Source: a virus
Lineage: Duplodnaviria; Caudoviricetes
Virus record (IMG/VR): IMGVR_UViG_3300011337_000104
Location: 1 to 35,087 of that record
DNA: 35,087 nt
Strand: one strand, 5' to 3'
Both the position numbers and the translations under genes were made by a program. The notes beneath the pieces were generated by a model. It was not told the DNA's origin, did not search any database, and saw only the letters and a program-made list of their open reading frames with translations. Positions within the stretch are counted from its first letter, which is position 1. Each line of letters starts with the position of its first letter. Of the stretch, positions 24,762 through 33,750 are shown one piece after another.

Positions 24762-26805
24762 CAGGCTGGACCTGCTGCCCCATGATGGCCTGCTGCTCGG
24801 CCTCCATTGCAGTGAGCGCCATGTTCTGTTCCTGGACGCCAGTCTTGGCCAGCGTCTCGGCTGTCCTGGCGCGAGACAGGCCTGCGTCGGCCACGGTCTT
24901 GACCGTGTCGGCGCGCGCCTTGGCCGCCTTGGCAATGGCCTCCTCGGCCGCAGCCTGCAGGAAGATTTTGTTCGGGTCTTCGGGCTGGCCTTGCAGCTCG
25001 ACCATCATCTCTTCCTGCTCCTGCTCGGTCGGCTTGACCACGCCCATGCGCACGAGCTGCTTGCGGAAGTAGTCGCGCACGTCGCTGATGCCCTCGCCTT
25101 CCATGTTCATCATGGCCATCGCCTGCAGCACCTGCTTGGTCTGCGGGTCGTCGGTGATGGCCATCATGCCTGTCAGTGCTCGGACGGTGGCCGCGCGCTT
25201 GCTGGTGCTGGATGGTCCGACCTCGACGTTCACGTCGAACTTGGCACGGCTCAGGTCGTTCTCCATGACCACCTCGCCAGCCTCGCTGACGGTCGGCTTC
25301 ATCAGCTCGACCATGCCGATCTCGTCGTTGGGGCCGATGGTCTTCATCTGGCGGCCTTCTTCGACGTAGATGTCGCGCGCCATACTCAGCCAGATTTCAC
25401 CGCAGCGCTGCATGCCCTTGGCAAAGTTGGACATGTAGATGAACGTCTGCATGTCCAGGCGGGTCTGGATCATCTCGATGGCCTTGCCAGAGATGTTGCT
25501 GACCATCTTGTCGGCCTGCTGCGAGCTGCCCAGGATGTCCTGCATGTCCTGCTCGGTGATCTGCATAAGCGCAGCCATCGCAGGCGGTATCTGTGGGCTG
25601 CGGGTGTAGGCCACCGGGCCGCTGACCTGTTGGCTGCCGTCCGGTCCGGTGATCGGGTTGATCAGCAGGTAGGGGTAGTTGCGGATATTGTCGTCTGCCC
25701 ACATGACCTGGTGGCCAGTGACCTGCTCAGGCGTCAGGATCGGCTTCTCGACGCTGGACAGCGCGCTGATCTCTCCCAGCTTGCTGAGCTGCATGTTCTT
25801 CAGGCGCTGGGCATCCTTGGCCAGGCGCACCTGGCCCATGCAGCGCTCGACGTTGTCCACGAACCAGCGCTTGCCGTAGACCGGCACGATGGGGATTTCC
25901 TTGCCGGCGATGTAGCCGGCATCCTCCAGGATGCGGCCGCCAGACATGATGTACTTGTGGACCTTGCGAGTCTTGATCTTGCGCTGGCGCACCTCGACGC
26001 TGCCGATGGCCGCCAGGGTCTCTTCGAGCGCCGGGTCGTCGTTGAAGTCAGCCTGGCGGTAGCGCTCCTCGGTGCCGTCGATGGCTCGGAAGATGCGGAT
26101 CGTCTCGCTGACATCCTCGACCTTGTAATACTCGGCGACGTAGACCACGTCCGGAGTGCACCAGTCGAACTCGTACTGGTGGATTTCCTTGGGCCAGTCT
26201 GTCGGGTCGTCGCCCCAGGTTTCCTTGTAGGACTGCCTGGTCATGCTGGTGACGACGTAGCAGTACCTGGCGTCGGACTTGTCCTGGCGCTTGGCGTTGA
26301 GGTCGAAGAACACCGAGCTGTCAGCATCGAAGATCGGCTCGATCATGATGCGCTGGCGCTCGTTGTCCTCGTCCTCGTCGTCCTCGTAGACGTTGCGCAG
26401 ACGCCAGGCACCGAAGCCACCGCCCACCGCCTCCTCGAAGGCGTTGTCGTAGGCCTCGTCGGCCACGCTGTCCTTCTCGTCGGCACGGTACAGACCGTCG
26501 CATGTCTCGGCCAGCTTGTCGTCCTGGCCAGGCTTCGGCGTGAAGTCCACCGTGACCCGGTTGTTGCGGTACTCGTTGATGATGCGGATCACCGACAGGT
26601 GAATCTTGTTCACCTCGAAGCGCGGCTTGTTCTCGTAGATGTCCCAGAGTGGACCTTCCCACTGGCTGCCAGCCAGGCTGTAGAAGCGCCGGTCCTGCAG
26701 ACACTGCAGGCGCTCGTCGCGCAGTGCAGTCTGGATGTCGTTGAACTGCGCCAGCGCATCGCTGTGCAGTTTGTTGAGATATTGCTCTTTGGACATGCGT
26801 GCCAT
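24751..26805 (-). CDS. portal protein (P22 gp1-like)
   Basis: 684 aa; DRRFY..GSQW, NEYRNNR, GGFGAWR, IPIVPVYG, KDAQRLKN motifs; follows terL. Confidence 0.93.
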   Translation of the reverse strand: MARMSKEQYLNKLHSDALAQFNDIQTALRDERLQCLQDRRFYSLAGSQWEGPLWDIYENKPRFEVNKIHLSVIRIINEYRNNRVTVDFTPKPGQDDKLAETCDGLYRADEKDSVADEAYDNAFEEAVGGGFGAWRLRNVYEDDEDEDNERQRIMIEPIFDADSSVFFDLNAKRQDKSDARYCYVVTSMTRQSYKETWGDDPTDWPKEIHQYEFDWCTPDVVYVAEYYKVEDVSETIRIFRAIDGTEERYRQADFNDDPALEETLAAIGSVEVRQRKIKTRKVHKYIMSGGRILEDAGYIAGKEIPIVPVYGKRWFVDNVERCMGQVRLAKDAQRLKNMQLSKLGEISALSSVEKPILTPEQVTGHQVMWADDNIRNYPYLLINPITGPDGSQQVSGPVAYTRSPQIPPAMAALMQITEQDMQDILGSSQQADKMVSNISGKAIEMIQTRLDMQTFIYMSNFAKGMQRCGEIWLSMARDIYVEEGRQMKTIGPNDEIGMVELMKPTVSEAGEVVMENDLSRAKFDVNVEVGPSSTSKRAATVRALTGMMAITDDPQTKQVLQAMAMMNMEGEGISDVRDYFRKQLVRMGVVKPTEQEQEEMMVELQGQPEDPNKIFLQAAAEEAIAKAAKARADTVKTVADAGLSRARTAETLAKTGVQEQNMALTAMEAEQQAIMGQQVQPVVR

Positions 26806-26826
26806 ATTTCGCCCCTATTTGCAAGT

Positions 26827-26855
26827 ATTTTCTACCATTTACTCGTCACCGGCAA
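26827..26855 (-). promoter_or_regulatory. putative promoter TTGCCG-17-GAAAAT upstream of portal
   Basis: read directly; overlaps the terL 3' end. Confidence 0.55.
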
Positions 26856-28064
26856 TGGTTTGAAGTCAACGGGCCGCGAAACCACCGCAGCCCTGCGGAC
26901 GCCTTCGCACGCATACCGCAGCGCATCGATGACGTGGTTCTTCTTGTCCTGCAGGATCGGCAGGACTTTTCCGGTCAGTGGATCGGTCTTGTAGCTGTAG
27001 AAGGTCAGCTCGTCGATGGTGTGCGTGCAGCGTGGATGGACCACCACGTCGTATGACTTGAGCCACTCGACGCCCTCCTCGACCGACTTCGCGCCCTTGA
27101 CTGCGCCCATGATTTTTGGAAAGCCGTTCTTGCGCATGTGGCTGATCGTCTCCGGCCTGGCCGAGTCGGCCACGATGGGCCACTTCTCGGCCTCCGGCAC
27201 GGTCATGAACAGGTCCGGCGTGTTCACGATCTCGCAGCCGACCATGTAGGCCTCGTGATCGATGTACAGCGTGCGGCCGACGATGTGGCAGCGCACCAGG
27301 ACGGTCGGGTCTGTGGCAAAGCCCCAGTCTGCGCCGAGCCGGTGGATGGCGTCCTTCGGTGCCTCGAACTCCTCGATGCGCCAGTTGCGGAAGACGCGCG
27401 CGCTGCTGTTCTGCAGGTAGCCGCCACGCCAGACGTGTGCGTACTTGTCCGGGTCGCGCGCCTTGTCGTACTCCATCTCGGCGCGCAGCACGTCTGGAAA
27501 CCAAGGGTTGTCGTCGAAGTTGACCTCGATGACCTTGGCGTCTGGTGGCGGCTTGTCGCCACGCAGCAGGTGATCGACTGGATCGCTGGACTGGCTCGGA
27601 TTCCAGGTGAACCACAGCTCAGAGCCAGGCTTTCGGATAGTCGGCCGCAGCAGGTCCAGGCTGCGCTGGGACAGGCTCTGAGCCTCCTCCACCCAGGCAC
27701 GGTCGTAGCCCTCCAGCGACTTGATAGAGTCGGCCGTGTGGTTCTGCATACCCTGGAAGATGATCAGGCCGTCGCCCTTCTTGGACTTGATGACGGCCTC
27801 CTGGACCTCGAAGTACGCGCCGGCATTCATCTGCTCGATCTTCAGCTCCAGCAGGCGCTTGACCGACTGCGCCAGCGACTTCTGGACCTCACGCACGCAG
27901 ACGCTGCGGCTGGTCTGGTCCAGGATGTGCGCCTCGATCAGCAGCTCTGCGAAGGTGTGCGACTTGCCCGAGCCACGGCCACCGTGCGCGCCCTTGTAGC
28001 GTGCCGGCTCCAGCAATGGCAGCGCCCACTCAGGCGTCTGAATTTTCAGCGTCTGCTTTGCCAC
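26832..28064 (-). CDS. terL: terminase large subunit (PBSX/SPP1-like)
   Basis: GGRGSGKS, WVEEA, TWNP, DWGF, HVIDALRY; probable GTG start at 28064. Confidence 0.95.
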   Translation of the reverse strand: MAKQTLKIQTPEWALPLLEPARYKGAHGGRGSGKSHTFAELLIEAHILDQTSRSVCVREVQKSLAQSVKRLLELKIEQMNAGAYFEVQEAVIKSKKGDGLIIFQGMQNHTADSIKSLEGYDRAWVEEAQSLSQRSLDLLRPTIRKPGSELWFTWNPSQSSDPVDHLLRGDKPPPDAKVIEVNFDDNPWFPDVLRAEMEYDKARDPDKYAHVWRGGYLQNSSARVFRNWRIEEFEAPKDAIHRLGADWGFATDPTVLVRCHIVGRTLYIDHEAYMVGCEIVNTPDLFMTVPEAEKWPIVADSARPETISHMRKNGFPKIMGAVKGAKSVEEGVEWLKSYDVVVHPRCTHTIDELTFYSYKTDPLTGKVLPILQDKKNHVIDALRYACEGVRRAAVVSRPVDFKPLPVTSKW

Positions 28065-28479
28065 GGATGACCACTCGTTCGATCTTCGCAAATTCCAGGG
28101 GAGCGCCGTCTGCGCCGGTCAGCTCATGAGCCTGGGTTTCCTTCCACTTCATCTGGGTCTTGGACCACCAGATCATGGCTGCCGTGTCGCCGCCCATCGC
28201 CTTCTGGAACAGGGTGCGACCGACGCCAGAGTTGGCCTTGGCCTTGCCGGCCACCAGCTCGGTGGCAAAGTGCTTTCGCAGCGTGTCGGTGTCGATGCCG
28301 CCGCGCACCAGGATGGCGATCTGCTCGATTGGCAGGCCGTAGCCAGACATGGCCTCGACCTGTTTGCGCTCTGCGTCGGTCGGCTCGAAGGCTGGTCGGC
28401 CAGCCCCAGGCCGAGCGCCGCCGTTCGGTCCGGCCTTTTTTACGACCGATTTTTCAGTTTTTGGCTTCTTCGCTGCCAT
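28030..28479 (-). CDS. terS: terminase small subunit
   Basis: GGARPGAGRP, HTH, ELTGADGAPL; GGAGG RBS; directly upstream of terL. Confidence 0.85.
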   Translation of the reverse strand: MAAKKPKTEKSVVKKAGPNGGARPGAGRPAFEPTDAERKQVEAMSGYGLPIEQIAILVRGGIDTDTLRKHFATELVAGKAKANSGVGRTLFQKAMGGDTAAMIWWSKTQMKWKETQAHELTGADGAPLEFAKIERVVIRGKADAENSDA

Positions 28480-29812
28480 CTTTTACCTCCGCGAAAGGTT
28501 TTCCAGTTTCTGCGTGAATTGCCTGCTTGCCGGTGAACTCCTGCCAGCGCTTGACGATGACGTCAACAAACTTCGGGTCCAGCTCCATCAGGCGCGCCTG
28601 CCTGTTGGCTTTCTGTGCTGCGATCAACGTGCTACCACTGCCACCAAACAAGTCCAGGACAATCTCGCCTGGGTTGCTGCTCCATTCGATCATGCGCTCC
28701 ACCAGCGCCACCGGCTTCATGGTGGGGTGCAGATCGCTTTTCGTTGGCCGGTTGTGCCGAATGATCGTGCCACTGGCCTTGTTCCTGATCTCGTTGATCA
28801 TGTCGATGAGCTGTTCCTTCTTCATCGACTTCAGGTCAACGTCATCGTCGATCACCGTGGTCAGTGTGAAGTTGCCGCAGAAGTAATGGCCAGCGCCTTC
28901 CTTCCAGCCGTACAGGATCGGCTCGTGCTGCCAGTTGAAGTCCTGGCGTGACAGGGTTGCGCTTTGCTTCACCCAGATCAACACCTGGGAAAGTTTCAGG
29001 CCAGCTTCCACCATGCAGTCTGTGAATGCCGCGCGCTCGGATTCACCGTGCGCCACGTAGATCACCGCACCAGCTCGCATGACTGCGTAGTAGCTGGCGT
29101 AGACGCTGCGCAGGAAGTCTCGGAACTCACCAGACCCCATGTCGTCGTTCATGATCTTGCCAGCCTTGCCTTCGACTGCCACGTTGTATGGTGGATCAGT
29201 CCAGACCAGATCGGCCAGCTTTCCATCCATCAGCTTTTCCACCTGCTGAAGATTCGTGCTGTCACCGCACATCAGGCGGTGCTTGCCGAGCACCCAGATG
29301 TCGCCAGGCACACTGATTGGCGTCTCGCCGATCTCTGGAACTTCGTCTGGATCGCCCTGGTATTCGATCTGCTTTGCGTCTTCGACCTTGGTCAGTGCGT
29401 CGATCTCATCCTGGGTGAATCCTGTCAGGCCGATGTCGAATCCTTCTTCATCCAGTTCGCCCAGCTCGAGCGCCAGCAACTCGTTGTCCCATCCAGCGTT
29501 CAGCGCCAGCTTGTTGTCGGCGATGACGTAGGCGCGCTTCTGGGCATCGGTCCAGCCTGCAGCGACCATGACCGGCAATGATGCCAGCCCAAGTTTGCGC
29601 GCCGCCATCACGCGACCATGACCGGCAATGATGCTGCCGGACTCGTCCACCAGGACAGCGGTGGTGAAGCCCCACTCCTTGATGCTGGCCGCGATCTGGG
29701 CGACTTGCTCCTCGCTATGGGTGCGCGAGTTCTTGGCGTATGGCACCAGCTTTTCGATGGGCCACTGCTCGACTTTGTCGGCTGGGTTGGTTTTGTGGGA
29801 TTTTGTGGTCAT
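28454..29812 (-). CDS. ParB-like domain + N6/N4 DNA methyltransferase fusion
   Basis: N-terminal IIAGHGR..ADNK; DPPY; HPTMKP; DLFGGSGST. Confidence 0.92.
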   Translation of the reverse strand: MTTKSHKTNPADKVEQWPIEKLVPYAKNSRTHSEEQVAQIAASIKEWGFTTAVLVDESGSIIAGHGRVMAARKLGLASLPVMVAAGWTDAQKRAYVIADNKLALNAGWDNELLALELGELDEEGFDIGLTGFTQDEIDALTKVEDAKQIEYQGDPDEVPEIGETPISVPGDIWVLGKHRLMCGDSTNLQQVEKLMDGKLADLVWTDPPYNVAVEGKAGKIMNDDMGSGEFRDFLRSVYASYYAVMRAGAVIYVAHGESERAAFTDCMVEAGLKLSQVLIWVKQSATLSRQDFNWQHEPILYGWKEGAGHYFCGNFTLTTVIDDDVDLKSMKKEQLIDMINEIRNKASGTIIRHNRPTKSDLHPTMKPVALVERMIEWSSNPGEIVLDLFGGSGSTLIAAQKANRQARLMELDPKFVDVIVKRWQEFTGKQAIHAETGKPFAEVKDGSEEAKN

Positions 29813-30090
29813 GCGTCATTCTCCCCTTTTTCGAGCCGGTTGGCCACCAGGGTGGCGTAGCCGGCAATGTCGATCCAGTTGTCGGCGTAGGTCGGGTCGC
29901 CGTTGAGGATGCGCGCGATCTTGTGGGCGACCATTTCCAGCGCCTCACGCCCAGTTGCACCGAGGTTGTTCCACCCGTCGGTCTTTTTCATCACGCGCTT
30001 GATCTCTTGAGAGATTCGAGCATGGTCTTTGAATTGGCCATATCTGGACTCGCGTCCGGCCAGCATCTCGTTCACGTTGGTGGTGCTCAC
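29809..30090 (-). CDS. conserved phage protein (DUF6378-like)
   Basis: R...YG..KIARILNG..DNWIDIAGYA; AGGAG RBS before GTG 30090. Confidence 0.78.
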   Translation of the reverse strand: MSTTNVNEMLAGRESRYGQFKDHARISQEIKRVMKKTDGWNNLGATGREALEMVAHKIARILNGDPTYADNWIDIAGYATLVANRLEKGENDA

Positions 30091-30100
30091 TGCATTCTCC

Positions 30101-30300
30101 TGTGGATAACTTTTTCCCACTTTTTAAAGTGGTTCGTCATGGAATCTCGCCGCATCGGAAGGGAACTGCGGAACACCCCTAAAGGGGTGTGTTCCGTTCC
30201 GTTCCCGTTTTCCGCTGTTTTGCCCAGGGAACGGAATTCCGTTTTTTTCCGTTCTGTTACCTTGTTCCCTTGCCATACCTGTGGATAAGTCTGTGGATAA
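30101..30300. other. putative replication origin
   Basis: TGTGGATAA at 30101, 30280 and 30292; palindromes at 30117-30132, 30173-30190 and 30230-30243; TTCCGTT iterations; directly downstream of the primase-helicase. Confidence 0.7.
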
Positions 30301-30307
30301 GTCATGT

Positions 30308-32329
30308 TCAGCTCGCCGACTTCCTGATCAGCATGGCACTGGCCTGGGCCTCGTCGATAACCATCCAGCCATGCTCGAAGGCCTCGATGATCTCGGCCAC
30401 CAGCAGGTCTGCGATGGGTTTTCCGTTGGCGCTGGGCTTGATGTAGACCTTGGCCGAGGCCTCGCTCACGTCCATTTTCTGGACCAGATAGTCCACCATC
30501 GCCGACCTGCTGAGGTAGGGTAAACCATTACGCTCCTCGGCTCCTGACGACCACCAGGCGTTCTCGAATGTCTTGCGGTGGCTGTCGATCTTGCTGTCCT
30601 TCCTGGGGCTGGCTGGCGGCTGCGCCTGGACGATGACGGCCGATGTGACCGGCTGGTTGTCCTCGTCGTACCAGCCTGGGATGGTGACCTGCTGCAGCTC
30701 GACGTGGACCGTCTGGGCCAGCTCGGCGTCCTTGGACTTGCGCTGGACGATCTGCATGGGCACGCCGTCCTTGCCTGGCACGATGCTGATCTCGATGTCC
30801 AGCGCGCCACGCCAGGCTGATGAGCCTCGCGCGCGGTGCTGGGCTTCCTCGGCCACGCCAGTGTGGTGGACCAGGATCACGCTGCAGCCGAACTCGTTCA
30901 TCAGGCTGTTGCAGGCGTCCAGCATGGTCTTGGCGTCCTGGGCGCTGTTCTCGTCACCGGCCAGGAATCGGTGCAAGGTGTCCACCACGATGACGGCCGG
31001 CTTCTCCGGCAGGCTGCGCAGGTGCTCGACCACCTGCAGGTAGCCGGTCGGGGTGTTGAGGTCGCAGCCGTCCTTCGACAGCCACATGGCCAGGTGTCCG
31101 GCTTGGTGGTGGTGCTTCCAGGCTGCGACGCGCCCACGCAGGCCGTGGTGGCCTTCGCCGGCCAGGTAGACCACGTTGCCGGCCTTGACCTTGTGGCCAC
31201 ACCATTCCTGCGCGCCGCTGGCCATGCGCAGGCACCAGTCCAGCACCACGAAGGTCTTGCCGCCGCCCGATGGGCCGTGGACCATGATCAAGGCATTGTT
31301 CTGCAGCCAGCGCTTGACCAGCCATGAGATCGGGGCCGGCTGGGCCGAGAAGTCGTCGGCCGCGATCAGCCAGTCGGTTTTGGCTGGCGTCAGGAGACTG
31401 GCCAGATCGTGGCCTGCCTGGGCATAATCGTTGGCATCCATGCCTTCGATTGGAGGCATGACCACGCGCGCGCCGAACTTGGCGCTGGCCTGGTCTGCCG
31501 ACTTCTGCCCGACGCCACTCTTGTCGTTGTCGGCCACGATCACGATGTCCTGAGTCGCGCCGTACATCTCGCGCATGATGCCTGTCACCGGCACCAGGCT
31601 GCTGGCGCTGTAGGCCGCCACGCAGGGCCGGCCGGTCGTCTCGTGGATCGTGGCGGCCGTGGCAAAGCCCTCGGCCACGAACAACGTGCCAGGCTCGTCC
31701 ATCGTACCCAGCATCCAGAACTTGCCGCCTGTCTGGCCACCTGGGTGGTACAGCTTGCCGCCGTCGTGGGCGATGTACTGCAGGCTGGCCAGCGTGCCAT
31801 CCTGGCCATACAGCGGCACCACCAGGCGGCCGTCTCCGGTCACGCGCGCGCCATGCACACCGATGCCCTTGCGCTTGAGGTAGGGGTGGTCAGGGCTGGC
31901 CGCCTGGGCCGAGGTCCAGATCGTCTCGACGGTGGCCGCGGCAACCTCGTGCTTGCGCTCCAGCTCGGCATCGCGCAGCGCCTTGGCCTCGGCCATGCGC
32001 CTGGCGTGTGCCATCTCTTCGCTGGCTGTCAGCTTGCGGCCGACATCGGCGCGCCAGGTCACTTCCACGCCTGCGCGCCAGCAGCCGAACCTGCCGGCCG
32101 GCACACCGTCGCCAAAGATCAGATACCAGCCTGGCTTGTCACCTCCGTGACTGCCGCTGCCCTTCGTGCCGGACTTGAACCTGTGAATCTTGCCGTCCAG
32201 CAGCAGCTCGTCTGGTGGCTCCAGGCCGGCCGACAGCATGGCATCGCGCAGTTGTTCTTCAGGTGGTGCGATGCGCTTTTCTGGTGGTGGCGACCAGGGG
32301 CCGCCGAGCACTTTGGACAGGTCAGCCAT
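30308..32329 (-). CDS. Toprim primase - AAA (RepA-like) helicase fusion
   Basis: HPYL..KG, VAEGFATA, VADND, DAND; GPSGGGKT, VVDT, ILVHH, RGSSAW. Confidence 0.92.
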   Translation of the reverse strand: MADLSKVLGGPWSPPPEKRIAPPEEQLRDAMLSAGLEPPDELLLDGKIHRFKSGTKGSGSHGGDKPGWYLIFGDGVPAGRFGCWRAGVEVTWRADVGRKLTASEEMAHARRMAEAKALRDAELERKHEVAAATVETIWTSAQAASPDHPYLKRKGIGVHGARVTGDGRLVVPLYGQDGTLASLQYIAHDGGKLYHPGGQTGGKFWMLGTMDEPGTLFVAEGFATAATIHETTGRPCVAAYSASSLVPVTGIMREMYGATQDIVIVADNDKSGVGQKSADQASAKFGARVVMPPIEGMDANDYAQAGHDLASLLTPAKTDWLIAADDFSAQPAPISWLVKRWLQNNALIMVHGPSGGGKTFVVLDWCLRMASGAQEWCGHKVKAGNVVYLAGEGHHGLRGRVAAWKHHHQAGHLAMWLSKDGCDLNTPTGYLQVVEHLRSLPEKPAVIVVDTLHRFLAGDENSAQDAKTMLDACNSLMNEFGCSVILVHHTGVAEEAQHRARGSSAWRGALDIEISIVPGKDGVPMQIVQRKSKDAELAQTVHVELQQVTIPGWYDEDNQPVTSAVIVQAQPPASPRKDSKIDSHRKTFENAWWSSGAEERNGLPYLSRSAMVDYLVQKMDVSEASAKVYIKPSANGKPIADLLVAEIIEAFEHGWMVIDEAQASAMLIRKSAS

Positions 32330-32507
32330 GTGTTGCGGCCTCCTGGCGTGTCAGGTAGTCCGACAGCGCCTTGACCGTCTCGTACAGGGGCTTGGACTCG
32401 TCCTGCATGAACCTGTAGACCGTGGCCGGATGGACGCCAGCGTTCTCGGCCACGCGCTTGAGGTTGGCATCCTCCAGCCTCTTCTTGATCTGCTCGACAG
32501 TCATCAT
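32322..32507 (-). CDS. Cro-like HTH protein (61 aa)
   Basis: LKRVAENAGVHPATVYRF; GAGGTG RBS; first gene of the - arm. Confidence 0.85.
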   Translation of the reverse strand: MMTVEQIKKRLEDANLKRVAENAGVHPATVYRFMQDESKPLYETVKALSDYLTRQEAATHG

Positions 32508-32542
32508 ATGTTGCACCTCTGAAAATATTTTTGCGGGGGTGC

Positions 32543-32576
32543 TTGCACTGTACCAGATTTCTGGTTTAAGATGCAA
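32543..32576. promoter_or_regulatory. overlapping divergent promoters with central operator
   Basis: + strand TTGCAC-18-TAAGAT; - strand TTGCAT-18-TACAGT; ACCAGA-TT-TCTGGT palindrome at 32552-32565. Confidence 0.7.
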
Positions 32577-32632
32577 CCACTGCGCGAAAGGAATTGGCCG
32601 AAGGCGCAGCAACCCAAGAAGGAGAGCCACTC

Positions 32633-33310
32633 ATGGCAATCAACGTAAAGACCACCGGCAGCCTGTCTGCCAATGGTGTGAAAGTCCTGGTCTATGGCCA
32701 GGCCGGCGCAGGTAAGACATCGCTGATCAAGACCCTCCCCAGCCCCATCGTGCTGTCGGCTGAAGGCGGCCTGCTGTCCATCCAGGATGCAGACCTGCCA
32801 TTCATCGAGATCGCATCGATGACCGATCTGCAGGAGGCCTACAAGTGGCTGACCGAGTCGGACGACGCCAAGGCCTACAAGTCGGTGGCGCTGGACTCCA
32901 TCAGCGAGATCGCCGAGGTGGTCCTAAACGCTGAGAAGAAGGCGACCAAAGACCCACGCCAGGCCTACGGTGCAATGCAGGAGCAGATGGCCGACATTAT
33001 TCGCGCCTTCCGCGACCTGCCTGGCCGCCACGTCTACATGAGCGCCAAGCTGGAGAAGACGCAGGACGAGATGGGCCGGGTGCTATATGCGCCCTCGATG
33101 CCTGGCAACAAGACCGGCCAGGCGCTGCCCTACTTCTTCGACGAGGTGCTGGCGCTGCGTGTCGAGAAGGATGGCGAGGGGAACACCCAGCGCGCCCTGA
33201 TGTGCGACAGCGACGGCCTGTGGCTCGCCAAGGACCGCAGCGGGAAGCTGGACATGTGGGAAGCGCCGGACCTGAGCGCAGCGTTTGCAAAGATCGGAGG
33301 CAAGGCATGA
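32633..33310 (+). CDS. Sak4-like AAA ATPase / ssDNA annealing protein
   Basis: VYGQAGAGKT, SAEGG, LDSISE, FFDEV, AKDRSG; AAGGAG RBS; upstream of SSB. Confidence 0.85.
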   Translation: MAINVKTTGSLSANGVKVLVYGQAGAGKTSLIKTLPSPIVLSAEGGLLSIQDADLPFIEIASMTDLQEAYKWLTESDDAKAYKSVALDSISEIAEVVLNAEKKATKDPRQAYGAMQEQMADIIRAFRDLPGRHVYMSAKLEKTQDEMGRVLYAPSMPGNKTGQALPYFFDEVLALRVEKDGEGNTQRALMCDSDGLWLAKDRSGKLDMWEAPDLSAAFAKIGGKA

Positions 33311-33747
33311 ACATCAAGGAAATGATGAACACCGGCAAGCTGATTGAGAGCGTGACCGACGCTGAAGAGCTGGCCAAGATGTGGCTGTTTGCGAAGGAGA
33401 GCGAGGCCATCGCCACTGCCGACCGTCGCAAGATCGAGGACCAGATCAGGAAGATCGCCAACATTCGGGACGACACCGAAGGCACTGAGACTTTGGCGCT
33501 AGAAGGCTTCAAGGTCAAGATCGTCGGTCGCATCGACCGCAAGGTAGACGCCGACAAGGTGCAGGAGCTGGCCGCTGAGTTCGGCCTGACCAATCACCTC
33601 TCGACGCTGTTCCGGTGGAAGCCGGAGATCAACATGGCCATCTGGAAGTCCACCGATGAGGCCATCACCAAGCCGCTGGCAGCAGCAATCACGGCCAAGC
33701 CTGGCCGCCCTTCTTTCACCATTGAACCCATCACCACCAAGGAGTAA
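33307..33747 (+). CDS. conserved recombination-module protein
   Basis: ATGA overlap; FRWKPEIN..KPGRPSF. Confidence 0.8.
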   Translation: MNIKEMMNTGKLIESVTDAEELAKMWLFAKESEAIATADRRKIEDQIRKIANIRDDTEGTETLALEGFKVKIVGRIDRKVDADKVQELAAEFGLTNHLSTLFRWKPEINMAIWKSTDEAITKPLAAAITAKPGRPSFTIEPITTKE

Positions 33748-33750
33748 ATC

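Noticed and set aside
28454-29812. ParABS plasmid partition system or restriction-modification system
   Set aside because: No ParA or parS array and no adjacent restriction enzyme; the ParB-like domain is the type commonly fused to phage methyltransferases
30087-30305. 72-aa ORF across the origin region
   Set aside because: Repeat/palindrome-derived, atypical composition, no RBS; treated as non-coding
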